Below are positions 17,858 to 27,707 of a stretch of DNA of 53,226 nt, in pieces. Below the pieces are notes generated by a model. The model made no database searches. It was not told where the DNA came from and saw only the letters and a list, made by a program, of their open reading frames with translations. The position numbers and the translations under genes were made by a program. Source of the DNA: Minisyncoccota bacterium (GTDB taxonomy: Bacteria > Patescibacteriota > Minisyncoccia > Phycocordibacterales > UBA9973); contig JAGOPB010000001.1 of NCBI GenBank assembly GCA_017992255.1, positions 1 to 53,226 of the forward strand, in the 5' to 3' direction. Position 1 is the stretch's first letter. Every line of letters begins with the position of its first letter.

Positions 17858-19132
17858 CTACAGAGGAAGATTTGCAGGAGGTTTTGCTGTTCTCGTTTCT
17901 GCACGTTCAAGTGTAGGAGTTTCTGTTCCTCTGCTTGGGAAGTGCCATATGGTAGCTAACTCTTCTGTATTCATAATATAATATTTTGGTTTATTCGAAG
18001 GAATAAAAAAAGACAGTATAGGGTATTCTATCGTCAACCAAAACGGAGGATAAAAAAGTACTCGTAATTTGTAGTACATGAGCATACGATTTTTTTTGAC
18101 AAGTAAATTATTTCCAAATGGATCTTGCCATGGGTAATCATACTGTGTAGATCTGACTCTCTCAAATTCGTTCAAATGAGGACTAGCATATTGTCGCCAC
18201 ATCAGTCGAAAACCTCTTCGTGTATTGTTGTCCCACGCCTGTCGATTGGCAACATATAGTGTACGAATACCCGTATCAAACGGAAGTTTATTTGCTGCCC
18301 TGTTGACAGCGTCGGTAACTGGCTTTAACACATCCGGAGTACGAGATTCTCTACTTTCTCTTTCAGCAAAATCAATTGAGTGTTTTGTATACGGTTCAAG
18401 TATTTTATTTAAAAATGCATTCATTTCATCTAGGTAGCCGTGGTGTCCAAAAAGTGTCCCATGAGTGTGCCACACTTTTCGAGATGCTCGTATGATAATC
18501 TGTACCCATAGTTCTTCTCCTTTTTTTATAGAAGCCATGTATTCTAGTACACCTGAAAGTGGATCATTTTTGAATTCATCTTTAGGGTCTTTGTCGAGTC
18601 CAAAATCAATGTACGTCTTGATTGGCAACACATCGTGTTTTTTCTTATCAAACTCACATCCCCATACGTCATATGCTCCATTTTTCACAAGTTTGGGTAT
18701 ACGTCGAGTATAGTCTTCTACCTCTTTTATCTCAACTTGAGGAAATTGAGCATACAACTGAGACTCTACAAGTTGCCGAGTTCTAGACGGACATCGAATA
18801 TAGAAATGAACCTGTCCATCTATTGAAGCTATTTCCAGTGAAAACCAAAACCACACTGCTCCTTGCACAAAAATTTCCCACAAACCTTTTTCGGTATGTT
18901 GAAACAACGCGCCAGTAATAAACAATTCCATGGCAAGAGGATTTTTTTTCATATCTCGAGGCACAGTGATTTCGAGTACATTCCATTTGATACCCGCAAT
19001 AAATTTTTCAGACACATAATGATGCCACATATGTTCTGCAAAATAGAGTAAAAGCAACGGAGCCCAAATCACTGACAAATCAGCAAAAATAAAATGAATT
19101 ATATTTTGTAATATCGATGTTCCGTATCCCAT
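17858..19132 (-). CDS. Conserved hypothetical membrane protein
   Basis: 424-aa ATG ORF with a hydrophobic N-terminal segment followed by a large soluble domain (FSLEIASIDGQVHFYIRCPSRTRQLVESQLYAQFPQVEIKEVEDY). Its stop lies 2 nt from the mltG start. Confidence 0.75.
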   Translation of the reverse strand: MGYGTSILQNIIHFIFADLSVIWAPLLLLYFAEHMWHHYVSEKFIAGIKWNVLEITVPRDMKKNPLAMELFITGALFQHTEKGLWEIFVQGAVWFWFSLEIASIDGQVHFYIRCPSRTRQLVESQLYAQFPQVEIKEVEDYTRRIPKLVKNGAYDVWGCEFDKKKHDVLPIKTYIDFGLDKDPKDEFKNDPLSGVLEYMASIKKGEELWVQIIIRASRKVWHTHGTLFGHHGYLDEMNAFLNKILEPYTKHSIDFAERESRESRTPDVLKPVTDAVNRAANKLPFDTGIRTLYVANRQAWDNNTRRGFRLMWRQYASPHLNEFERVRSTQYDYPWQDPFGNNLLVKKNRMLMYYKLRVLFYPPFWLTIEYPILSFFIPSNKPKYYIMNTEELATIWHFPSRGTETPTLERAETRTAKPPANLPL

Positions 19133-19135
19133 ATG

Positions 19136-19645
19136 TTAGTATTTCACATTGAGTTTTGTTGTTAAGCCAGTTCCACTATGCACGAAATACAAATACCCAG
19201 ACAAATTCTCTGGTGTATCTGGATACACAAGCGTAGTAAAAAAAGAAATAGTGTTACCAGTTGTCGAGCCGAGAAGAGAAACAGGAATAGCAGTTGTTAT
19301 AGGCACATCACTCGAAGTAAACAATTGTACCGTTGCAAGCTTTCCATCAACGACTTCCCACCCACAGCCATTTGCATACCCTTGTACAACCAGAGGACTT
19401 TTGACCTTTGAATCAGGTAATGGAGCTTCTATGTTTATACCACACACTACTTCTGGTTTTGCTACAGGCGGAGATGGTACTGTTGGTGCAGTCGTGAATA
19501 CAGTCTTTGTTTCTTCAGGAGCTGGCCCATATGCTCGTTGCACATTCTGTGAGAAAAAACCCATTATAGTGAGTGCCAAAACTAATCCAATTATAGCCAG
19601 TATCCAAATAACAAATCCACTGTGGTGGGTGTTTTTCATATGCAT
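19136..19645 (-). CDS. Membrane-anchored Gmad2-like Ig-fold domain protein
   Basis: 169 aa with an N-terminal TM (GFVIWILAIIGLVLALTIMGFF), a Pro-rich linker, then GINIEAPLPDSKVKSPLVVQGYANGCGWEVVDGKLATVQLF, which resembles the Gmad2 domain. Confidence 0.6.
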   Translation of the reverse strand: MHMKNTHHSGFVIWILAIIGLVLALTIMGFFSQNVQRAYGPAPEETKTVFTTAPTVPSPPVAKPEVVCGINIEAPLPDSKVKSPLVVQGYANGCGWEVVDGKLATVQLFTSSDVPITTAIPVSLLGSTTGNTISFFTTLVYPDTPENLSGYLYFVHSGTGLTTKLNVKY

Positions 19646-19953
19646 ATAGTATACCTGTAATTATCAATTATTACAAAACAGTTATAAGTATCTATGCGTA
19701 CAATTTCATTGTACTATACGAAATCGAAAATTGAAGTTTATTTGTTACTACAATGATAGCATAGTGAACTACGTAACAAGTAATGTTTCGATACAAATAT
19801 ACACCAGCTATACAAAGTTTGTTCAATGATACTATCAGTAAAAATTTGCATTATAAAATTTCACTAACCACACAAATGCAAGCAGAGCTACTAATTTTCA
19901 AAAGGATTGAATTTACAAACTCACAACTAAGTCACTGTACAGTACGGTGTTGT

Positions 19954-20985
19954 TTATGAAGCAAGACTGTAGAGTCCGTTTTTATTTTTTTTGAAATACT
20001 TTGCGTTTTGAAGGTTAACTAAAATTGTATTTCGTTTGAGATATCTTTCTTTCAAAACTTGATCTACAACTTCTTCTTTTGGCAATGGACCTTTTTTCTT
20101 CAAAATATCTTGGATAACATCACGAACAACACCAGACTTGTATCCCCACTCAGAAAGCGCGTACATACCACGACCTACGAGTACAAAACGTTTATCTTTT
20201 ATAAGTTCATTGTGACACGTTGCTGTATGAGTTTTCTTGCAGAAAGTTATTTCTATTGCTTTCGCAACTTCTCGGAAATGCATAGGACTTCCATGCTTTC
20301 GCATTATGAGATAGGCATAATCTTTTATTCCACGGGTTTTCACATTTCCAGACGTTGCTTTACCCCATTCTCCAAGAGGGTTACACGCCAACATTTTTGA
20401 AAAAGACAACCATCGTCGCAATGCTTCTTCATCTTTGTATTGCTCGTTGAGATCTTTTAGTTCGTCTAAAAATTTTGTAATAATTTCTGACTCACCCACC
20501 AATTCATCATCAGTCAGAGATGTATAGACTTTTTTCAAAGCCGTATGTACTGATTCCGCAACATCTTTCTTTGTAGCCCATCGAGATTTAAAATTTTCGT
20601 CTTCTTTGTGTTTAGTAAACATATCACCTAATACTAAAAAGAAATGTATATGATTTTGTGTTACTTTGTCTTTTGATAAAGTGTTCAGTAGTTCTTCCTC
20701 ACCTACGACATTTCCCATACTCGACAATATCTCTTCTAGTTCTGAAAATATAGTAGCATTTTCTTTGAATGAAGGACTTTTTCTGATAAGAATTATTGCA
20801 GCATTTTCAATCTGTCGTACTCGTTCCCGCGTAATGTTGTATTTTTCACCGATGTTCTCAAGAGTCTTTCTTTCTTCTTCGTTGAGTCCGTATCGAGATA
20901 CTATAACATCATGCGCACGATCTTGTAGATCTGTCAGTAACTTCTTTGTAACATTTTTTGGTTTAAAGCTAATTGATTTTGCCAT
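19954..20985 (-). CDS. DNA-binding protein with a sigma-70 region-4-like HTH and a HARE-HTH-like domain
   Basis: 343 aa. N-terminus VIVSRYGLNEEERKTLENIGEKYNITRERVRQIENAAI is region-4-like. Central HGSPMHFREVAKAIE...LIKDKRFVLVGRGMYALSEWGY is HARE-HTH-like. Confidence 0.6.
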   Translation of the reverse strand: MAKSISFKPKNVTKKLLTDLQDRAHDVIVSRYGLNEEERKTLENIGEKYNITRERVRQIENAAIILIRKSPSFKENATIFSELEEILSSMGNVVGEEELLNTLSKDKVTQNHIHFFLVLGDMFTKHKEDENFKSRWATKKDVAESVHTALKKVYTSLTDDELVGESEIITKFLDELKDLNEQYKDEEALRRWLSFSKMLACNPLGEWGKATSGNVKTRGIKDYAYLIMRKHGSPMHFREVAKAIEITFCKKTHTATCHNELIKDKRFVLVGRGMYALSEWGYKSGVVRDVIQDILKKKGPLPKEEVVDQVLKERYLKRNTILVNLQNAKYFKKNKNGLYSLAS

Positions 20986-21151
20986 ACATAAGAAAATAAC
21001 TAATAAAGGTGTATTTCAATACTGTGATAATATCATTGCTTATTGAAAAAGTCAATTATTTTTACTCGTACATACATGTGTGTGTTTGGATACAATATAC
21101 TGCGTGTTGAATCTTTTCTTTTTTATGAATTGTAAACGTACTACTATGATT

Positions 21152-22957
21152 TTATCGCTTGCCTTTTGCTCGAGATTGTTCAGTTAAAAGCATTTTTCGC
21201 AGTCGCACAGAGGTTGGTGTGATTTCCAGATATTCATCTTCATTCATAATTTCCAAACCTCGTTCGATAGAAAGCGTGAACGGAGGTTTCAACACTATTG
21301 CTTCATCGTTACCAGATGAACGCACATTCGTAAGGTTTTTGCCTTTGATAGGGTTTACGGCCATTTCTTCGCCTTTAGAAGTGTTACCTATTACCATTCC
21401 TTCGTACACATCGACACCGTGACCAATATAGAGTACTCCACGATCCTGTAGATTCCATAGAGCGTATCCAGCAACTTTCCCAGTTATCATCGTAGTCATT
21501 GATCCAACATCACGTTTTTTTATTTCTCCAGCATACGGTTTGAATCCAAGTACTCGTGAGGACATAATTCCCTCTCCTTTTGTGTCTACCACAAATTGTC
21601 CCTTGTATCCTAGCAAACCTCGCGTAGGAATTTCGAATGTTAAACGAGAAATACCATGAGTTTCTCGCATACCTACCATGATACCTCGTCGTTTAGTAAT
21701 ACGTTCAATTACAGCACCAGAAAACTCTGTTGGTACGTCTATATAGAGTTCTTCAAAGGGCTCCAATTTTACATTGTTCTCTTCTTTTATTATTACTTTC
21801 GGTTGTGACACTTGCACTTCATATCCTTCACGTCGCATGTTTTCTAGCAATACCGCCACATGGAGTTCTCCTCTTCCGTATACCTTATAGTATACAGGCC
21901 CATCATTGACGTCTTGATCCTGTGGATCAAAATCAATCTTGAGACCAACATTGATTTCTAATTCTTTTTCTAAACGTTCTCGTATCTGTCGCCCTGTTAC
22001 AAATTTACCCTCCTTACCAGCAAAAGGAGAATCATTGACTAAAAAATTGAGAGAAATTGTCGGTTCATCAATTGCAATAGAAGGCATCGCTTCAAAAGAC
22101 TCTCTATCAGAAAGCGTTTCACCTATATAGACATCCGGAATACCCGCAATCATGACTATATCGCCCGCTACAGCGGTTTTTACAGATTCACGTACAATCC
22201 CATTAAATGTAAAAAGTTTTGTTATTCGATTGGTTCTACTATTTCCATTTTCGCCTTGTATAAACACGTTCATGCCGTCAGTAATAGTACCTGCATAAAT
22301 TCTCACAATTGCCATCCGACCAAGAAAATTATCGTATGCCAAATTAAATACCTGTGCTTGTAATTGTTCACTACTTTTATCTACAGAAACTGCAGGAACC
22401 TCTGTGAGTACTGTATCAAGTAGCGGTTCAAGGTTTGTCGATTCATCGGTAAGGTTGATTTTAGCAATACCATCACGAGAAATAGCATAGACGGTATGAA
22501 AATTCAACTGTTCGTCAGTGGCACCTAGTTCCATAAATAATTCAAACACCATGTCATGAACTTCTTTTGGGTTTGCTGCTGGTTTATCTATCTTATTTAT
22601 TACTACTATAGGTTTTAGTCCAAGTTCTAAAGATTTTTTTAACACAAAACGAGTTTGAGGCATAGGACCCTCTTGTGCATCCACCAGTAAAAGCACCGAA
22701 TCAATAGCACGAAGTACTCGTTCTACCTCACTACCAAAGTCAGCGTGACCTGGTGTGTCTACTATATTGATTTTTGTTCCTTTGTAGTTAACAGAAGTAT
22801 TTTTTGAATAGATAGTAATACCTCTTTCTTTTTCCAATGCGTTTGAATCCATAGATGCACCATCCTGAGACATACCACATTCTTTCATGAGTGCATCTGT
22901 AAGTGTTGTTTTTCCGTGGTCGACGTGTGCGATTATTGCTATGTTTCTGATTTCCAT
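21152..22957 (-). CDS. typA: Translational GTPase TypA/BipA
   Basis: 601 aa with the G-domain (IRNIAIIAHVDHGKTTL, DTPGHADF, NKID) and the BipA-type C-terminal region. Confidence 0.95.
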   Translation of the reverse strand: MEIRNIAIIAHVDHGKTTLTDALMKECGMSQDGASMDSNALEKERGITIYSKNTSVNYKGTKINIVDTPGHADFGSEVERVLRAIDSVLLLVDAQEGPMPQTRFVLKKSLELGLKPIVVINKIDKPAANPKEVHDMVFELFMELGATDEQLNFHTVYAISRDGIAKINLTDESTNLEPLLDTVLTEVPAVSVDKSSEQLQAQVFNLAYDNFLGRMAIVRIYAGTITDGMNVFIQGENGNSRTNRITKLFTFNGIVRESVKTAVAGDIVMIAGIPDVYIGETLSDRESFEAMPSIAIDEPTISLNFLVNDSPFAGKEGKFVTGRQIRERLEKELEINVGLKIDFDPQDQDVNDGPVYYKVYGRGELHVAVLLENMRREGYEVQVSQPKVIIKEENNVKLEPFEELYIDVPTEFSGAVIERITKRRGIMVGMRETHGISRLTFEIPTRGLLGYKGQFVVDTKGEGIMSSRVLGFKPYAGEIKKRDVGSMTTMITGKVAGYALWNLQDRGVLYIGHGVDVYEGMVIGNTSKGEEMAVNPIKGKNLTNVRSSGNDEAIVLKPPFTLSIERGLEIMNEDEYLEITPTSVRLRKMLLTEQSRAKGKR

Positions 22958-23255
22958 GAAATAGTTTTGTTATATTACTCAGCAAATAAAAATGCCGGAA
23001 TATTTCGGCTGAGTTATAGTAACACATATATAGCTCATATGGCAAGTGTTTAGGCTATTCTGCGAATACGTATCTAACGGTAAATAATGAAATTATTGTT
23101 TACGTAATATTCAATCTAGTAACAACAATATTTTATACTACTAAAACAAATTAATTTTTAGCGTATTGTTTAAAAAAATATACATTTCAACACATACTAG
23201 ATTACCTATCATATATAATAGTATCTATTTTAAAATTAAAATGATTATTCCATAT

Positions 23256-23810
23256 TCAATCCCCTGCTAAATAGTATATCCATTCACCATCAGATGTAAT
23301 TCCTATTCGATAATATATGTATCCACCAAACTCACGGTAACTCTCTATTTCTTCATTTGTCAAAAAAGTCTTCATCAATGATATATCCTTTTCTGTCCAC
23401 ATTGATGGTTCAACTGTAAAAAAAGACGGCCAACTATAAATATTTCCATTTACAGCATACGGTAGATTTAGTAAGGTAATTATCGTATCAAATGAACTAT
23501 TTTTTTCATCTTTCTCAGACAATTTTAAATATTCTGCGAAACCACTCTCATAATCCCCACCAAAACTATAATGGAAATTTGATCCAGTTTCTTTTGCCAA
23601 TCTTTCGTAATTTCTTTCCAATGCTGCTTTGTATATAGCTTGTCGTTTGTTTTCTACTGCATCCGGTAGTCCATCTTGAGACGCAAGTTCGTTCACTGAA
23701 ACGACAGGACTATCTTCAACTACAGGTATTTTATTCTTTTCGTAAGTAATAAATAGTACACTTATAACGGATATAAGAAGTAAAAATACAATCAGGATTT
23801 TCCAATTCAT
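23256..23810 (-). CDS. Hypothetical membrane-anchored or secreted protein
   Basis: 184-aa ATG ORF with an N-terminal TM/signal (MNWKILIVFLLLISVISVLFI). No family recognised. Confidence 0.65.
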   Translation of the reverse strand: MNWKILIVFLLLISVISVLFITYEKNKIPVVEDSPVVSVNELASQDGLPDAVENKRQAIYKAALERNYERLAKETGSNFHYSFGGDYESGFAEYLKLSEKDEKNSSFDTIITLLNLPYAVNGNIYSWPSFFTVEPSMWTEKDISLMKTFLTNEEIESYREFGGYIYYRIGITSDGEWIYYLAGD

Positions 23811-23860
23811 ATACTTAGCATATCATATTTGCGCTTGTTCGAGGTCGAACCTCAAACATC

Positions 23861-24946
23861 TTAGAACAAATGTATAACGTCTCGAACAGTGACAAGTATC
23901 ATAAGAGCAATCAAAATAAAAAATCCAATAGTGTTTGCCCATTGAAATACTTTGAGAGGAACTTGCTTTCGAGTTACTGCTTCAATTCCAACAAAAAGCA
24001 ATCTTCCTCCATCTAGTGCAGGAAAAGGCACGAGATTGATAACCGCAAGGTTGAGCGAAATAATAGCCATCAATGACAACACTTGCGCAAACCCTATGCG
24101 AGCAGCATCACCTATGATACCCGCTATTCCAACAGGACCAGTAACTGACGACAGATTTGTTCCACCAGAGAAGAGTCCCACAAATCCAGTTATGATTTGT
24201 TTTGTCGTGTAGAGTGTTGTTTTCATTCCTTGGGTAAATGCTCTGAAAAAAGGCAACTTTACTTGCGAGACAGTATCCATACTAATTCCTATTTTAGCGT
24301 CTCCATTTTCATCTATTGAAGGCTGTATAAGATAAAAAAATGTTTCTTTGTTGCGTTTGACCGTGACCGTCAACTCACTCGTTTTATGCTCATTGATAAA
24401 ATGTATCAATGACTCGCTGGTAACGCTCGTATCCGAGTCGTCATCCGTACTGATCGACGTTATGATATCTCCTCCCATAATTCCAGCGATTTCAGCAGGA
24501 GAATGTGGGATTGTGTCAATAACCATCAATTGTGGCTCACTTTGAATGTATGAGTCATCTAAATCAGCTGTCGAAGCAGTGACTCCACCGAGCAGTGTAA
24601 AAGATATCAAAAGCCACCCAACAAGAAAATTCATAACAATACCAGCTATCAAAACCAAAGCTTGAACGTATTTGGGTTTTGAAACAAAACTATCTTTTGG
24701 AGTGACACCGTTTTGCCCAACGACACTATCATAGTTCTCACCATAAATCTTTACAAAACCACCAAAAGGTATCCAATTGAGTGTGTAATCAGTTCCCTTA
24801 TAGTGAAACATTTTTTTTATACGAGGAGGAAAGCCGATACCAAATTCGTCAACACGTATTTTGAAAAGTTTAGCAACAATAAAATGTCCCCACTCGTGGG
24901 TTACTATTAGCACTAATAATATGATGATAAAAATGATGATTGACAT
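23861..24946 (-). CDS. rseP: RIP metalloprotease RseP (site-2 protease, M50)
   Basis: 361 aa with HEWGHF (HExxH) in TM1, a central PDZ-like region and a C-terminal NLVPFPALDGG motif. Confidence 0.9.
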   Translation of the reverse strand: MSIIIFIIILLVLIVTHEWGHFIVAKLFKIRVDEFGIGFPPRIKKMFHYKGTDYTLNWIPFGGFVKIYGENYDSVVGQNGVTPKDSFVSKPKYVQALVLIAGIVMNFLVGWLLISFTLLGGVTASTADLDDSYIQSEPQLMVIDTIPHSPAEIAGIMGGDIITSISTDDDSDTSVTSESLIHFINEHKTSELTVTVKRNKETFFYLIQPSIDENGDAKIGISMDTVSQVKLPFFRAFTQGMKTTLYTTKQIITGFVGLFSGGTNLSSVTGPVGIAGIIGDAARIGFAQVLSLMAIISLNLAVINLVPFPALDGGRLLFVGIEAVTRKQVPLKVFQWANTIGFFILIALMILVTVRDVIHLF

Positions 24947-24951
24947 ATGAG

Positions 24952-25509
24952 TTATCCGAGAATTTCTTTCTCTTTCTTTGCAAACAAAGATTCGAGATCG
25001 GCATTAACGGTATCGACATTCTTTTGCAATTCTTCTTTTGCGCGAAACTTATCATCTTCTGAAAATCCTCCTTCTTTTGCTTTCATTTCTATATCGTTTT
25101 GTACTTCTTCTCGTGCTTTACGTACGTTGATACGAGCATCTTCGAGTTTCGTTTTCAATACTTTAACCAATTTTTCTCTGTTTTCGGTAGTAAGCATAGG
25201 AAAAATAACTCGTACTCCATCAGAATCAGAGACAACAGACAAACCAAGATTACTCTGCGTGATAGCTTTTTCTATTTCCTTTATCATTTGTTTATCCCAA
25301 GGAGCTATACGAAGCGTTTTAGGATCTTCAATAGAAACAGTTGCGATATTTTTTATTGGCATGTATGAACCATATGAATCAATAGAAATATTGTCCAACA
25401 CAATCGGCGACGCTTTGCCTGTGTGGATACTGGCAAGTTCTTTTTGAAGCCAGTCTAAAATCTTTTTTGATTCATCTTTAAATACGGAAAAATTGTAAGC
25501 CATGTGCAT
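24952..25509 (-). CDS. frr: Ribosome recycling factor
   Basis: 185 aa. Contains GKASPIVLDNI, ITQSNLGL and VRKAREE...; typical RRF. Confidence 0.93.
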   Translation of the reverse strand: MHMAYNFSVFKDESKKILDWLQKELASIHTGKASPIVLDNISIDSYGSYMPIKNIATVSIEDPKTLRIAPWDKQMIKEIEKAITQSNLGLSVVSDSDGVRVIFPMLTTENREKLVKVLKTKLEDARINVRKAREEVQNDIEMKAKEGGFSEDDKFRAKEELQKNVDTVNADLESLFAKKEKEILG

Positions 25510-25561
25510 ATAGTAGCATTAATATAAATAATTCTCAACAATAGTATGCTATACTTTTATC

Positions 25562-26281
25562 ATGAAACTCATATTTTTAGATACAGAAACTACTGGCAAC
25601 GAATCAAAAGACAGGTTGTGCCAACTCGCGTACAAAGAAAGAGATACAGGAAATACATACTCCGAACTTTTCAAACCACCTTTACCGATTTCTATTGAAT
25701 CAAGCGCAGTTTGCCACATCACCAACAAGATGGTTTCTGAAAAGTCATTATTCAAAGAATCGTCCGATTATCAGATTGTCAAATCTTTACTTGAAGAGAA
25801 AAACACAGTTACAATAGCGCACAACGCAAAGTTTGATGTTGGAATACTTCAACGTGAAGACATAGAACCACATGCATTTGTTTGCACCTTACGCGTAGCA
25901 AGAGCATTGGATAAAAACGGTGTTATACCTAGATACAATTTACAGTATCTTCGATATTATTTAGATATAGAAATATCTGCAACCGCACACGATGCATTGG
26001 GTGATGTACTTGTTCTAGAACAATTATTTGAAAGACTTTTAAAAAAAATTATTGATGAGGATAAAACAAGTGAAGATGAAGCATTGAAAAAAATGATTGA
26101 TATTTCAAGTCATCCATCACTAATAAACAAAATATCTTTTGGAAAATACAACGGTCGCATGGTAGAAGAGATTGCAAAAGAAGATCCTGGGTATTTAACA
26201 TGGTTGTTAAAGGAAAAGCGTAAAAGCGATTCTGATGAAGAGGACTGGATTTTTACTCTGGAGATGTATTTGGGTAAATAA
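25562..26281 (+). CDS. DEDD 3'-5' exonuclease with an ExoX/DUF3820-like C-terminal domain
   Basis: 239 aa with FLDTETTG, AHNAKFDVGIL and HDALGDV. The C-terminal block FGKYNGRMVEEIAKEDPGYLTWLL is typical of the ExoX-like C-terminal module. Confidence 0.85.
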   Translation: MKLIFLDTETTGNESKDRLCQLAYKERDTGNTYSELFKPPLPISIESSAVCHITNKMVSEKSLFKESSDYQIVKSLLEEKNTVTIAHNAKFDVGILQREDIEPHAFVCTLRVARALDKNGVIPRYNLQYLRYYLDIEISATAHDALGDVLVLEQLFERLLKKIIDEDKTSEDEALKKMIDISSHPSLINKISFGKYNGRMVEEIAKEDPGYLTWLLKEKRKSDSDEEDWIFTLEMYLGK

Positions 26282-26324
26282 AAAGAGATGCACACATAAT
26301 AGTAGTGATGCATCTCTTTTTTTT
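26281..26324. terminator. Bidirectional rho-independent terminator
   Basis: 12-bp stem AAAAGAGATGCA (26281-26292) pairs with TGCATCTCTTTT (26309-26320). The T-run extends to 26324. On the minus strand the hairpin is followed by TTTTATTTA. Confidence 0.7.
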
Positions 26325-26622
26325 ATGCGATAGGTGTGAGTAAATCTATCGGAATTTTCTTTTTTATTTTACTATCCACATTTATAGTTTTTACGCCAGG
26401 GATAGCGTAATAACTGATTTCTCCTTCAAGAATAATTCTAGGAGTTTCTATTTTTGAGATCGCACTATGGATCTCACGAAAAGTTGCTTTTTTTTGTTTT
26501 TTTTCTACTAACATTTTTAAAGAATTTAGTGAGCAAAGACTATAGCATACTTCGCATTTCTTGTCTTCATGGTACAATACAAACATGCAAACTGGACTTA
26601 TAATTGTATCGGTTATTATCAT
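26323..26622 (-). CDS. Hypothetical small protein
   Basis: 99-aa ATG ORF whose stop abuts the terminator at 26281-26324. Its 5' end overlaps the rmuC 5' end, and internal Met starts at 26586 or 26514 are possible. Confidence 0.35.
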   Translation of the reverse strand: MIITDTIISPVCMFVLYHEDKKCEVCYSLCSLNSLKMLVEKKQKKATFREIHSAISKIETPRIILEGEISYYAIPGVKTINVDSKIKKKIPIDLLTPIA

Positions 26623-27658
26623 CGCGCTTCTTTGTGTACTTATCGCTATATCGATACGAAAGCAGAAAAATTCACCTGAAGATCAAAGTGCTCTTCAATT
26701 ACTACTTTCTCATATCAACTCTCTATCACAATCTGTCGATTCAAAGCTCGGAGAAAACCAGAAACAAATGACCGATTCTTTGCGCTTTCAATCAACTGAA
26801 ACAAGTCGTATAATTTCTGACATAACAGAAAAACTTACTCGGTTAGATGAAACAAACAAACAAGTAGTTTCTTTTACTGACCAACTACAAAGTTTGCAAG
26901 ATATATTGAAAAACCCAAAACAGCGTGGAATACTTGGTGAATACTATCTAGAAACACTGTTAAAAAATGTTATGCCCCCTGGTAGTTTTGAAATGCAGTA
27001 CAGACTAGGTGTTGACGAAGCTACGGGAAAAGAACTGATACCAGATGCAGTTGTGTTTGTAAAAGACAAAATAATACCTATTGATTCGAAATTTTCATTG
27101 GAAAACTACAATCGCATAAGCGAGACTAGTGATCCTGCAGAAAAAGAAAGATTGGAAAAACTATTTTTAAATGATTTAAAAATGCGAATAACTGAAACTT
27201 CTAAATATATACAACCCGAAAAAGGTACAATGGAATTTGCTTTTATGTTTATTCCTCACGAAGCTATATATTATGATCTTATAGTAAATAAAATAGGCGC
27301 AATAACAGAAGATACTGAAAACCTTATACAAAGAGCTGCTAGCAAATACAAAGTAATTATTGTGTCTCCAACTTCATTTCTTGCATATTTACAAACAGTT
27401 CTCCAAGGTCTCAAAGCGCTACAAATAGAAGAAAGCGCAAAAGATATAATAAAAAGAGTTTCTGAGCTATCGAAACATTGGAAGAGCTATGAAGAGTATC
27501 ATAACAAACTAGGCAATACTCTAGCTACAGTTCTGAACCACTACAATGCTTCTAGCAAAGAACTAAAGAAAGTAGACAAGGATGTTTTACGTATTACAGG
27601 AGTAGCTGGTGAGTTTGAACCATTGCAAATAGATGAAAAAGTAGAAAAAGATAGTTGA
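26561..27658 (+). CDS. rmuC: DNA recombination protein RmuC
   Basis: 365 aa with an N-terminal TM, a long coiled coil and a C-terminal nuclease-like domain (PDAVVFVKDKIIPIDSKFSLENY ... FAFMFIPHEAIY). The start may be the second Met at 26585. Confidence 0.88.
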   Translation: MSSWYNTNMQTGLIIVSVIIIALLCVLIAISIRKQKNSPEDQSALQLLLSHINSLSQSVDSKLGENQKQMTDSLRFQSTETSRIISDITEKLTRLDETNKQVVSFTDQLQSLQDILKNPKQRGILGEYYLETLLKNVMPPGSFEMQYRLGVDEATGKELIPDAVVFVKDKIIPIDSKFSLENYNRISETSDPAEKERLEKLFLNDLKMRITETSKYIQPEKGTMEFAFMFIPHEAIYYDLIVNKIGAITEDTENLIQRAASKYKVIIVSPTSFLAYLQTVLQGLKALQIEESAKDIIKRVSELSKHWKSYEEYHNKLGNTLATVLNHYNASSKELKKVDKDVLRITGVAGEFEPLQIDEKVEKDS

Positions 27659-27707
27659 ACTATCTTACAAGTAAATAAATGATCACATTGTAGTGTGGCC
27701 GTTTTAA

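Noticed and set aside
19149-19649. 166-codon plus-strand ORF almost exactly mirroring the 169-aa minus-strand gene.
   Set aside because: The minus-strand product has a coherent TM, Pro-rich linker and Gmad2-like domain, and it is packed in an operon with neighbouring minus-strand genes. The plus-strand translation has no signal or domain logic, so I treat it as a shadow ORF.
22788-23045. 85-codon minus-strand ORF overlapping the typA start region.
   Set aside because: It is out of frame with, and overlapping, the clear typA N-terminus (G1 motif). It is an upstream extension artefact.
24947-25447. 166-codon plus-strand ORF antisense to frr.
   Set aside because: It is fully nested in the clear ribosome-recycling-factor gene, and its translation is Ser/Phe-rich without recognisable features.
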